Shown here in pieces: positions 11,901-19,242 of a DNA stretch of 64,000 nucleotides (the stretch's first letter is position 1; every line of letters starts with the position of its first letter). This DNA is from a virus. The translations under genes were made by a program, and so were the position numbers. The DNA lies in the IMG/VR virus record IMGVR_UViG_3300025317_000002, positions 19,117 through 83,116 of that record. One strand, written 5' to 3'. The notes under the pieces are model-generated. The model searched no databases. It had not been told where the DNA came from and was given only the letters and a program-made list of their open reading frames with translations.

Positions 11901-13477
11901 TTTCTGTTCTTCGATGTGGGTCTGATGGAGTATGGGAGGTAGTAAAGGGTTCATCTACGTCTGGGATGTCTTTCGTAGACCTAGTGGATCTTTCTTCATC
12001 TCAAACTTTGTCTTCTAAAGTATTGACTGCTCCAGACATCAACGCAGGCACAGCAGATTCACTCACCAGTCTTTCTATTCGGGATACATCAGCGGCATTT
12101 GATGTTACCTTCGCTGCAACGTCTTCTTCCGCTCTTACTGCTGGAAGAACAGTGACCTGGGATGTAATAAATGCAGCAAGATCTATTAAGCTTGCTGGCG
12201 ACATTGACATTGCCCATAATTTTATTACATCAGGGGCTTACGCCCTGACTTTGACTACTACAGGGACTACTGGAGTCACGCTTCCTACTACAGGAACTCT
12301 TGCAACACTCATTGGAATAGAATCGCTTCAGAACAAAACCCTAGATAACACCAATACTCTTGAACTAAAAGACACACTTTTTACACTCCAGGACGATGGA
12401 GACGCTAACAAGAAAGCCAAGTTTCAATGCTTTTCTATTACATCCGGTCAGACAAGAACCTATACTCTTCCTGATGCGTCTGATGATATTGTTGTAAGAA
12501 CTCTTGCCCAGACTATTGCTACAAAGACTTTCGATAATACTAATACTTACAATGTGAAAGATACTCTCTTTACTCTTCAAGATGATGGGGATGCAACAAA
12601 GTTGGCTGCATTCCAATGTTCCACGATTGGGACTGGAGTGACCAGGACATTTACTTTCCCTAATGCTTCTGGAATCTTTGCACTTTCTCAAGCAGCGGAG
12701 ACATTCATTTCGCTTAACCTTTCCGCTAACTCTAATCAGATAGTTTTTGATTCTGATGGTGCCGCTTCAGGAACTCTAACTTGGTCCCCCACAACATCTG
12801 GAAAGACTCTTACACTTCCAGATATTACAGATACAGTGGTTACAAAGACATCCTCTGATACGCTGACCAATAAGGTTCTAAGTGATGCAACTTGTAAGTT
12901 CGGAGACGATGGAGATATTACTAAAGCATTGGTATTCTCCTTGGGTGGAGCGACTACAGCCAAAACCCTAACTCTGATCTCGTCTCATACAGATAATCGA
13001 TCGATTACCTATCCGGATGCCACAGATACGCTGGTCGGAAAAGCCACTTCAGATACCCTCACAAATAAGTCCTTCGACTGTGACGGAACCGGAAATGCTC
13101 TTACTAATGTGAATGGAAATGAGCTAGATCCCAGTGCTGCAACCACCGGAGCTTACGGGATTCCTATCATAGTCCCCATCGTCAATTCTGGTTCTACAGA
13201 CATCAATGTCTTCGGTGGCAACGTACCATTCAAGTTCCGTATCATTGATGTTTGGGCGGTCAACACAAAAGCTGGAAATGCGGGGAACTGGAAATTGACT
13301 GATGGCACAAATGACATCACCGGCGCCGTTACTTATGGTGCTAGTGACAAAGCTCTTACAAGAACAGCAGAAATCGACGACGCCCAGCATGACATGACAG
13401 GTGAAGCCCTACACCTTATCAATTCAGATGGCACAGATACCGCGATTGTTTACGTATCCGTATTGAGAGTTGACTGA
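5930..13477 (+). CDS. giant mosaic tail fibre / virion adhesin (2515 aa)
   Basis: Thr/Gly/Ser/Ala-rich; FN3-like module, 'LTTTQRDAISP.AG.LIYNSTT' fibre motif, 'ERLRIDSTG' motif, CBM-like segment, internal ~63-aa repeats. Confidence 0.8.
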   Translation: MWPLVGFISNYLTTPEGDKRYTKLVSFAVSKSDIPSLKAVPAAEATPVGDVYIDHQSRWVENVTGMTTPTIPTIAQQGTPGSATYGYQVAAVSANGETPLSPERETTTGPTTLNGTDFNRITWSAVTGATSYKVYRTTSSGSGDQTTLGLIGTISAPTTQFDDQGGVSTAAIPLGRGSHYVFDAQATAVSDGILAVRPDDIANDTIPGRWIQTPFEVTIDHNLLDNLDQGDKHTQYTLLAGRSGTANDIILSTTASGKLSGSSASGQGLTLQSTIHGTKGPISFGASSYNEVNDYVIFGGSASLANVFSIKTSGTLDSATALSIAGLNIEQALAAGSNNNERVYAMRVVPSFLDLTRTGMAHYGFVCSDGLSGFQTLTPTAILEIVSSQVSGTQNAITSGSSTTVTTTANAFANVHVGALITANSLTRMVVAKASTTSLTVDTAVDWDNTGAGYAFTFKNPILNLTDTSTVLAFLATDGGLAIRETSAVYKIANHGRVYTKDVSGITELFYMDSAGAEEQISSGAGGPVEGSGTLNFLSKWTPDGNTIGDSQIADNGTIVSITKSGAGTLDLFRFASSQTAANNSGTNILFNALRTTSGTTDVASVAGLITDITDNAYKGALLFKTSNNTAPAEVARFDYLGNLLFAAGETGNIGAVGATRPDNVYVKTSVVIGSTTTVTTDTVAFSAGGTVSTVGANLLVNPGNSIVSFGGNTASFPALKRNATALNFRLADDSADAPFTSGSGTLSGLLSFSGTTHAGLRLNTLTTTQRDAISPIAGDLIYNSTTAQYEKYEGAAWKSLGPTGIASGVGVLNSPAYWNGTDTLAGNSNWVWDNTNVRMGVGKSVPLAPLHTLKSAAPSTQTFNFEDGTVQGWTGDFVPGNTDPHGGSWMIETGTSSSNTYNASYASITVGQSSTFSAWVKGGSTGNWYLVVDGVQQASTGSHGEWDQISVALSEGTHSLGVRIIRSGGGTANARIDDITVTNTTPPDYTAVNALFEGWVGIGGTTSPDGILEIAPPAQSRSVETPFLIVDGAENLLTLTDNITDQRWLSIPAPTISISSAKTVTRGTSLYIGGAPSNSGAGTLSAAYSIFSDNGLVRFDRESIGATPTDGIQLLNNTAAADGAQQYGPALHQGGYGWKTDATAASQAVDWMLYPTAVQAAANPTSVYNWDFSVNGGAYATKLSLSSAGLLTLTQVKITGGTPGIDKILTDSDGTGLAVWKTLGELGTAVDKVGTPVDEQVAIWTDANTIEGKTLTQTANQVLIVQDATTVTFSTPQSIHTAATPQFAKLGLGLAAGSEALDILGRIKFGMSRADATQKDAYLLVPHYTNVEEELLAFYGTSSATGNTLVFGGGGSAFNAATVILFKTAANTTTLNGTERLRIDSTGLLKFSAYSTGILHSDADGDITSSATNLASADVTGLLPLANGGLNANLTASNGGIFYSTATAGAILAGTATANKILLSGSSAAPAWSTATYPTTTTINQILYSSAANTVVGLASTASSILVTDGSSVPSLATDIPTAITIGGAYIYRASGTDVSLADGGTNASLTAVAGAVAYSGASAIVFNAAGNSGEFLRSGGTGSPTWFDLFTTANTFTAAQTINNGTTPADNLILTIAAIGVAGTRDSHSIRFTGASDDGFAHIVDWKLFNDVTSNAGASTFTFQSRVDVASLTTRFSCTDAGIFNLMSGGVYQVNGIAIKDLAETFQNKTLDNTNTVNLKDTLFTLEDDGDSTKKLQFQLSGITTGNTRTLTVPNASDVIAVLGLIQTFQNKTLDNSNTFNAKDTLFTLEDDGDATKKLQFQCSGITGGQTRTLTAPDASGTLALLGLAQTFSAAQTFSSDVSFGGNILFTGTAKAFEIKTSSVLVEDNHIYLNSGYTADTAQTGGFVINYDPTTTTDTVAATGFVAGVASTSNPTVITTGSATFSAHDLIQISGAENPNNNGLFEVLTHTVTTLTIKGIGTTATTQDWVQNQFVTDTTVAGSIYKVNVSVLRCGSDGVWEVVKGSSTSGMSFVDLVDLSSSQTLSSKVLTAPDINAGTADSLTSLSIRDTSAAFDVTFAATSSSALTAGRTVTWDVINAARSIKLAGDIDIAHNFITSGAYALTLTTTGTTGVTLPTTGTLATLIGIESLQNKTLDNTNTLELKDTLFTLQDDGDANKKAKFQCFSITSGQTRTYTLPDASDDIVVRTLAQTIATKTFDNTNTYNVKDTLFTLQDDGDATKLAAFQCSTIGTGVTRTFTFPNASGIFALSQAAETFISLNLSANSNQIVFDSDGAASGTLTWSPTTSGKTLTLPDITDTVVTKTSSDTLTNKVLSDATCKFGDDGDITKALVFSLGGATTAKTLTLISSHTDNRSITYPDATDTLVGKATSDTLTNKSFDCDGTGNALTNVNGNELDPSAATTGAYGIPIIVPIVNSGSTDINVFGGNVPFKFRIIDVWAVNTKAGNAGNWKLTDGTNDITGAVTYGASDKALTRTAEIDDAQHDMTGEALHLINSDGTDTAIVYVSVLRVD
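11046..13080 (+). repeat. four to five ~63-aa intragenic repeats (QNKTLDNTNT..LKDTLFTL.DDGD.TKK..FQ.S.IT.G.TRT.T.P.AS)
   Basis: Tandem pairs near 11046/11235 and 12320/12510 with 189-nt spacing, plus a diverged copy near 12860. Confidence 0.85.
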
Positions 13478-13478
13478 G

Positions 13479-13619
13479 ATGGGGATGTGGGAGGGGACTA
13501 TTGGTTTTGAGACTTCCACCGCAGGAACATTTCTTCTGCAGTGGGCTCAGAACGCATCAGATGCTAATAATTTGATGATTCAACGTGGATCATCTCTCAT
13601 TACTAAGAAATTGGCGTAA
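13479..13619 (+). pseudogene. orphan C-terminal fragment of a tail-fibre tip domain
   Basis: Reads MGMWEGTIGFETSTAGTFLLQWAQNASDANNLMIQRGSSLITKKLA*; 'GT..LQWAQN.S.......GS.L' is a C-terminal signature of phage minor tail proteins. Confidence 0.6.
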
Positions 13620-13685
13620 TCCATGTTCGTCTAGATATACGATCAGATTCCGTTCTATCAAGAACCTTAGAAAGCGATCTAACAT

Positions 13686-13701
13686 AAGCTCAATTGAGCT
13701 T
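13686..13701. promoter_or_regulatory. perfect 16-bp palindrome, candidate operator
   Basis: AAGCTCAA|TTGAGCTT about 40 nt upstream of the receiver-domain gene. Confidence 0.4.
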
Positions 13702-13740
13702 CATGACAAGTTACATGATTGATAAAAAGAGGGACTGGTC

Positions 13741-14193
13741 TTGAATCCAAATATCCTCGTTGTGGAGGATGATCAAGTATTTGTGCTCCTAATTCAGAAT
13801 TATCTGAGCAAAAACAGCTACAGATTTGACCATGAGTCTACTTTTGCCGGAGCTTTAAAAAGATTAGGCCAGAATGTCTATGAGGCTATCCTCTTAGATC
13901 TCGTTCTTCCCGACTCATTTGGATTAGAAGTCATTAGGGGGATAATGGAACTATGTCAAACAACTCCTATCATTGTAATAACGGGGATAGAAGACTACAA
14001 CCTTGCTTCCGAAGCAATCAAGATCGGCGTTGAGGATTGCTTGTTTAAGACAAACAGTCTTTTCTCGGGACATATTTTAGATGGAATTATCAAGAATTCT
14101 ATCACAAGGTTTGAGAGGCACAAAAGAATGACCCAAGAATTCAACAAGCTAAAGAGTTTAGCAAATATTATTGAAACAAAGATGAATTGTTAA
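13741..14193 (+). CDS. stand-alone response-regulator receiver (CheY-like) protein
   Basis: 'ILVVEDD', phospho-acceptor 'LLDLVLPD', 'PIIVITG', 'G.ED.L.K'. Confidence 0.9.
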   Translation: MNPNILVVEDDQVFVLLIQNYLSKNSYRFDHESTFAGALKRLGQNVYEAILLDLVLPDSFGLEVIRGIMELCQTTPIIVITGIEDYNLASEAIKIGVEDCLFKTNSLFSGHILDGIIKNSITRFERHKRMTQEFNKLKSLANIIETKMNC

Positions 14194-14606
14194 TTATCAC
14201 GGAGCTTTGGGTGGAAAGACAACAAATAGTGGATCAAGAAACGCTCAACAATCTAGCTTCAGCGTTGTCTTCAGCGTGCAATCTTATTCAGGATCTCGGA
14301 GAAGAGATAAAGAAAGGAAGAGAAGATAACCGGGAGAGTGCTATCCAGATAGCCCTCATCAATCACAATGTCAAGGACATGACCGAAACTATAGCTTCGG
14401 TCTTAAAGTATGTTCGAGATGGAAATGGTAAACCTTCTCTTCTCTCCAGAGTAGAGTTCTTGGAATCAAAAGAAATAGTCGGGAGAGAAAAGATCAGAGG
14501 ACTTTGGATATTTCTAGCGGCAACAGTTGGAGGACTGTTTGGATTCATAGGACAAATTATTTCAAGTTGGTTTTCCTCTTATAGTGGAAAACCTCCTATT
14601 CCATAA
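14187..14606 (+). CDS. coiled-coil protein with C-terminal TM helix (holin/XhlA-like architecture)
   Basis: 'GNGKPSL.SRV..LE' then hydrophobic 'LWIFLAATVGGLFGFIG'; true start may be the GTG at 14229. Confidence 0.55.
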   Translation: MLIITELWVERQQIVDQETLNNLASALSSACNLIQDLGEEIKKGREDNRESAIQIALINHNVKDMTETIASVLKYVRDGNGKPSLLSRVEFLESKEIVGREKIRGLWIFLAATVGGLFGFIGQIISSWFSSYSGKPPIP

Positions 14607-14616
14607 GGTAAATATA

Positions 14617-14955
14617 ATGCCCAAAGAAGAAAGTACTGGGATCAACGTCTCGATATCGATTAAACAACTTATCATGATTCTTACGATTTTTACAGGGGTA
14701 AGTATTGGAGGAAATAGCTTCCTTTCTACCTTTGGAGAGAAAGCTCAAACAATACACTCTTTTTTGGAGAAAGATCTTACTAACCTCGAAGTCAAAGTAG
14801 ATACACTTAGTAAAGATTTCAAAACCCTAACGGCTAAAGTCGAGGAGATCTCTTTTCTAAACCAGAATCTCCTCATAGAAAACAACAAAGTTCTGGAGAA
14901 AAACATTGACCTTACTGAAAGGATATGTGCTACCTCCAGAAGGCAAACAAAATAA
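14617..14955 (+). CDS. membrane-anchored coiled-coil protein
   Basis: ATG at 14617 after AAGGT; N-terminal TM 'LIMILTIFTGVSIGG' then heptads. Confidence 0.55.
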   Translation: MPKEESTGINVSISIKQLIMILTIFTGVSIGGNSFLSTFGEKAQTIHSFLEKDLTNLEVKVDTLSKDFKTLTAKVEEISFLNQNLLIENNKVLEKNIDLTERICATSRRQTK

Positions 14956-14966
14956 GGAGAAGTATT

Positions 14967-15242
14967 ATGGTTGATAACAACACACTTCAGGAACAGGAAA
15001 CCAAAACTCGCTCTGAATTCGATGATCTTTCAAAAGCTTATCAGGATCTTATGAATCAAGCTCACTCTCATCAGGTTCAAGCTCAGAATTTCCAAAAGAG
15101 AGCAGAAGGATTCGTGCCAAGAATTCAGCAGCTCGCGGGCAAGTTGGAAACCTATGCTGAGATTAAGCTCCTAAATAGCGCTGAGACCAAAGAGACGCAA
15201 GAGCACAAAGACGTTCCTGCATCTCCGGAGTCCATTCACTAA
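14967..15242 (+). CDS. small coiled-coil hypothetical protein
   Basis: AAGGAG RBS before ATG at 14967. Confidence 0.6.
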   Translation: MVDNNTLQEQETKTRSEFDDLSKAYQDLMNQAHSHQVQAQNFQKRAEGFVPRIQQLAGKLETYAEIKLLNSAETKETQEHKDVPASPESIH

Positions 15243-15252
15243 GTTTCAATCT

Positions 15253-15320
15253 GGGCCGGATACCTCGACGGAGGGAAAAGTCAGAACCCTACTGGCCTTT
15301 CGGCCCTAAAAACATAGGGC
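15253..15320 (+). ncRNA. structured cis-RNA (three-way junction with possible pseudoknot) leading the GIY-YIG gene
   Basis: P1 GGGCCGGA/TTCGGCCC; P2 CCTC-GACG-GAGG; P3 GTCAG/CTGGC with loop AACCCTA complementary to downstream TAGGG. Confidence 0.55.
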
Positions 15321-15333
15321 TCATCAAAGGGAG

Positions 15334-16431
15334 ATGAAAATGCAGCAGATATATCTATACGCACTAAGTGATGATTTAGAACCTGAGAATTACAGATACA
15401 TCGGAATAACGAAAAATCCCCATCAAAGGCTCCAGAAACATCTCTTGGAAGTGAAAAGGGACTTGAAGACTTATAAGACAGATTGGATACGAAAGACCAT
15501 TACAAATGGTTCAAACTTAAAAATGACTATTATCGAAGCACATACTGACTCTGATCAGGCAAAGCAACGTGAGCGTGAACTAATTGCTCTATACAAAGAA
15601 AGAGGCTATCGTCTTACGAATGCTACTGAAGGAGGAGATGGAATTTCAAATCCCTCTATGGAAATCCGCAAAAAGATAGGAGATGGAAATAGAGGAAAGG
15701 TTATGTCTCCAGAAGCTCGCTTAAAGATTGGTTTGGCTAGTATAGGAAGAAAACGCACTCCTGAAGCAAACGCAAGAATAGGCTTAGCTCATAGAGGAAA
15801 AACTATTTCTCTAGAAGCAAGAAAGAAAATGAGCGAAGCTCATAAAGGGAAGTCTCTATCTGAGGAACACAAGCGACACATCCGAGAAGCTCGAGAAAAC
15901 ATGTCTCCGGAGATGAAAGAGAAAATACGACTTAAACAGGTAGAGGCATTAAAAAATAGAGTCATAACTCAGGAAACCAGAGAAAAAATGAGACAGGCTC
16001 GTTTAGGCAGAAAATTCTCTGAGGAGACTAGAACTAAACTATCGAGAGCTAAGCAGGGTCGAAAACTTTCTGAAGAGACAAGAAAGAAAATGAGTGAGGT
16101 CCAAAGGAAAATTCAATCTCCTGAACGTAGCTTACGAATAAGCTCAAAGCTTAAAGGACAAAAGCGGTCTTCAGAATTTTGTCAACGGATGAGCCAAGCT
16201 CGTAGAGGTAAAATAAAAGTTGACTTAACAGGTCAAACGTTTACTCGTCTAACTGTGATTAAGTTGGACTCAATAACTAAAGATGGGCATACTCGTTGGT
16301 TATGTCAATGCAGTTGCGGAAATCAGAAAGTGGTTTGCCGTTGTAATTTACTCAAGGGAGGTATAAAAGGATGCGGATGCTTATTGAAGGAAACTAACGA
16401 AAATCGTAGGAAGGTGAAAAATGAGCAATAG
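15334..16431 (+). CDS. free-standing GIY-YIG homing endonuclease with NUMOD3 repeats
   Basis: 'IYLYAL...YRYIGIT..P..RL..H', 'LTNATEGGDG', repeated 'S.E.R.KMS.A.KG', C-terminal 'W.CQCSCG...GCGC'. Confidence 0.9.
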   Translation: MKMQQIYLYALSDDLEPENYRYIGITKNPHQRLQKHLLEVKRDLKTYKTDWIRKTITNGSNLKMTIIEAHTDSDQAKQRERELIALYKERGYRLTNATEGGDGISNPSMEIRKKIGDGNRGKVMSPEARLKIGLASIGRKRTPEANARIGLAHRGKTISLEARKKMSEAHKGKSLSEEHKRHIREARENMSPEMKEKIRLKQVEALKNRVITQETREKMRQARLGRKFSEETRTKLSRAKQGRKLSEETRKKMSEVQRKIQSPERSLRISSKLKGQKRSSEFCQRMSQARRGKIKVDLTGQTFTRLTVIKLDSITKDGHTRWLCQCSCGNQKVVCRCNLLKGGIKGCGCLLKETNENRRKVKNEQ

Positions 16432-17038
16432 AATTATCAGTGTGCATCGCGCATGCGTGGACGTGATCGAGTATTTCGACTTTGATGGCACCACACTTCT
16501 CCAAGGTAAAAGCGACTTTACCACTCTAGTCTTAAAAGATGGAGTCAAAGTCACAAGCCCAACCCCTATCATAAATGAGCTTGGAGTTGCCCCTAATCCC
16601 GTGGATGCTACACTCCGTGGTCTCTACAAGTTTGCGCTTACCCCAGACTCCAAAGGAAACTGGTTCGTCCGTGTAGTGCTTGGAACTACGGGAAGAGTAT
16701 GGACACTTGGCTTAGAGGTCACAGGAGAAAGCATTGCGACCGTAGTCTATGAAGGAACGGTTTCCGAGAACTCGGGAAGCGGAACAAGCTTCAAAGACAC
16801 CAATGCAGGAAGTGTGGGTAACCTCTATAAAGGCTGCGTGGCAGTTGTCATGACTGGAAGCACTCTTAGATACATCGGCCAGGTCATTGCCTACAGCGAA
16901 TCTAACACTACCTTCACTGTAAATCCTGCTGCTCCAGGAAGCTATACCTTCATGCAAAACGATACCTTCTATCTTCTCTCCAATCTCGTGGCTGCTGTCA
17001 CAGGGCAGGTATTTCGGTCTCCTGGAGGCCCCACTTAA
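16421..17038 (+). CDS. hypothetical virion structural protein
   Basis: Beta-rich, in morphogenesis operon. Confidence 0.55.
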   Translation: MSNRIISVHRACVDVIEYFDFDGTTLLQGKSDFTTLVLKDGVKVTSPTPIINELGVAPNPVDATLRGLYKFALTPDSKGNWFVRVVLGTTGRVWTLGLEVTGESIATVVYEGTVSENSGSGTSFKDTNAGSVGNLYKGCVAVVMTGSTLRYIGQVIAYSESNTTFTVNPAAPGSYTFMQNDTFYLLSNLVAAVTGQVFRSPGGPT

Positions 17039-17047
17039 GGAGCGTCT

Positions 17048-17581
17048 ATGCGCTACACATTCGATATAGGAGAGCCTGTTCCTATCGTGGTGGAGGTCAA
17101 GGACCTGAATACTGGTCTTCGCCTGGAAGACCTCTCCGACGGAAATCCAGGAGTCACAGTCAAGGTCTTGAGTCCTGCCAGGGCAGTCATTGTCTCTGCG
17201 GCTAAAATGGTAGAGATTGAGAACATGAAGGGCCACTATGAATATGTTGTCCCTGGAACATCCATCACTGAAGCTGGGCTTTGGGTTTACGACGTGACTG
17301 GAAACAACGTGAACGTGGAAAACAAATCTGGTTCTTTCCTTGTGGCTCCTATTTGGATCACAACGCTCAAGAAGATATTCGGACTTGCACATGGCAATAT
17401 TCACGAGGACAGTCTAACTTATGACCCCCTCGTTCCGAACAGAAAAACAGGTTCCCGTATTCGAATCTACTCTCAGGCCGCTTCCGTAGGCACAGACAAC
17501 GATGTGCTCGCAACTTATACGTTTATTGCCACCTACTCTGAAGATGGCCTTGTAAAGACATTCAGTTGTAAGGAAACCTAG
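17048..17581 (+). CDS. Ig-like virion protein, paralog of 17584-18144
   Basis: 'G.YEY' Ig-like N-terminus; C-terminal ~70 aa align with the next gene. Confidence 0.6.
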   Translation: MRYTFDIGEPVPIVVEVKDLNTGLRLEDLSDGNPGVTVKVLSPARAVIVSAAKMVEIENMKGHYEYVVPGTSITEAGLWVYDVTGNNVNVENKSGSFLVAPIWITTLKKIFGLAHGNIHEDSLTYDPLVPNRKTGSRIRIYSQAASVGTDNDVLATYTFIATYSEDGLVKTFSCKET

Positions 17582-17583
17582 TC

Positions 17584-18144
17584 ATGGCAGCATCTAGAAT
17601 CTATTTTCCTCGTCAGGTCAAGAAAAGTGAGTCCTCAAAGTTTAGAGTATTCATCTCGAATAGCTCAGATGATTCTGCTAAGACAGGTATGCTTTACACA
17701 GATGCTACAATCTACTACGCCAAGGCTTCAGGAGCTGCTATCCAAAAGGTAATTCAAGCTTCAGAGTGGGCTGAGATTGGAAACAACATGCAGGGCTGGT
17801 ATGACATTATCTTCTCTGCATCAGATCTTAATACCCTGGGCCAATTTATCTTTCGGATCACAGGAACCGGAATCAACATGGTCGAAGTAGGGGGAATCGA
17901 AGTAACAGATGCACACTTAAGCGACCTTGCTAGGATCTTAGGGTTGTCTCATCATAATTGGAAAGAGCTTTCAGTAGTTTATGATGCAGTAAATCCTCAA
18001 CGTAAGCTGTCTTCTACGATCAAGCTCTACCCAACTGCGGCAGATGTGGATACAGATACAAATGCATTTGCTTCGTATACATTCACCGCTACCTATGGAA
18101 ATGATGGGCTGCCTTCTGGATTCTCTTTCAAGAAGGTAACTTAA
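17584..18144 (+). CDS. Ig-like virion protein, paralog of 17048-17581
   Basis: Shared 'I.GL.H.N......YD...P.RK..S.I..Y..AA.V.TD....A.YTF.ATY..DGL...FS.K'. Confidence 0.6.
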   Translation: MAASRIYFPRQVKKSESSKFRVFISNSSDDSAKTGMLYTDATIYYAKASGAAIQKVIQASEWAEIGNNMQGWYDIIFSASDLNTLGQFIFRITGTGINMVEVGGIEVTDAHLSDLARILGLSHHNWKELSVVYDAVNPQRKLSSTIKLYPTAADVDTDTNAFASYTFTATYGNDGLPSGFSFKKVT

Positions 18145-18145
18145 T

Positions 18146-18769
18146 ATGTCTTCTGCCCACACCCTCACAACAGGAATTTGGCACCACAATGCTAATATCT
18201 ATTCTTCGGGTGGGCACTTCATCGATGCCGAATATGCAGATGACACGCTAAAGCTAAATCCACCCCCCCTTCCTCCTGGAGTAGATATATCTCACTCCAG
18301 AAATCTCTACGGAATCACGGATCTCTCTTTCCTCCGAAGTGTGGTTTCCGAGATGGCATTCTTATACTGGCCGATTGTAAAATACTATAGGCTAAATCGG
18401 TCTCAAACAATGACAGATTCTCTTTATGGCAAGGCCAAGGAGTATATATTTCTTCCCTCGCTTTCTATCAACATGTTTGTTATTTATGAGGAATTACCAG
18501 ATCCACATACCAAGTTCGGAACAGACGCAACAGAGAAGGTTGAAGCCTGGATTCCGTGGAAAGCCCTAATTGACCAAGACTTCGTTCCCGATAAGGGAGA
18601 TAGATTTAGTTATGCAGGATATGAGTTCCTGGTTACGGGAGTTTCTGCCCAGGCAAAATCTGAATATATGACCTCAAATGCCTTCACCTACTTTACCATA
18701 TTTGCGGAGATGGCTCATCCTGGATATATCTCCGAGGATGCTACAAACGTTGGGCGAATTAAAGCATGA
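18146..18769 (+). CDS. neck / head-closure protein (T4 gp14-like)
   Basis: 'VKYYRL.....D.LYG.A', 'KFG.D', 'P..GD......Y.F.V..V'. Confidence 0.55.
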   Translation: MSSAHTLTTGIWHHNANIYSSGGHFIDAEYADDTLKLNPPPLPPGVDISHSRNLYGITDLSFLRSVVSEMAFLYWPIVKYYRLNRSQTMTDSLYGKAKEYIFLPSLSINMFVIYEELPDPHTKFGTDATEKVEAWIPWKALIDQDFVPDKGDRFSYAGYEFLVTGVSAQAKSEYMTSNAFTYFTIFAEMAHPGYISEDATNVGRIKA

Positions 18770-19242
18770 GCACCTGGAAACCCAAACAAGGAGACCACTT
18801 CACAAGCAGAGGCTACGTGACAAATGACGAGCAGGTCTATACCTCGTGGTTTCATATCCCAAGTACCTCAAATATTGTAACTCCAGCTAGGGCCAGCTTT
18901 GTCTCTGAAAGCTTGGGGGAGCTTATTCAGGTCCTTGATCCTGTGGACATTCCGGTAGATTCAACTTTTAGAACTACAGATCTTTATGACGAGGAGGGAA
19001 GACGGTTCTTTGACCATTTGTCGATTCTAGATATTCTCCCTCACCCAACAGATTTACTTGTCTCTGTTTTATCTGGTGAGGAAAATAGACTTGATCTCTT
19101 TGCGTTCAGGGTATACCAAAACGACAACCTTTGGCCAATTATTGCCATCGCCAATGACATCTATGACCCATTTTATCTGAAACCTCGGACGATTCTGAGG
19201 GTGCCTTCACTCTCTAGAATCTACTCGGAGATTCTACCTTGA
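18766..19242 (+). CDS. baseplate wedge LysM-like protein (T4 gp53 / P2 gpX-like)
   Basis: 'RLDLFAFRVYQNDNLWPIIAIANDIYDPF.LKP...LRVPS'. Confidence 0.75.
   Translation: MSTWKPKQGDHFTSRGYVTNDEQVYTSWFHIPSTSNIVTPARASFVSESLGELIQVLDPVDIPVDSTFRTTDLYDEEGRRFFDHLSILDILPHPTDLLVSVLSGEENRLDLFAFRVYQNDNLWPIIAIANDIYDPFYLKPRTILRVPSLSRIYSEILP

Noticed and set aside
11046-13080. Repeats as a CRISPR array or DGR template/variable repeat pair
   Set aside because: They are in-frame protein repeats with synonymous divergence, not adenine-specific changes; no reverse transcriptase or cas gene is in the window
15243-16431. GIY-YIG gene as part of a self-splicing group I intron
   Set aside because: The flanking genes appear separate and there is no non-coding space 3' of the ORF for a ribozyme core
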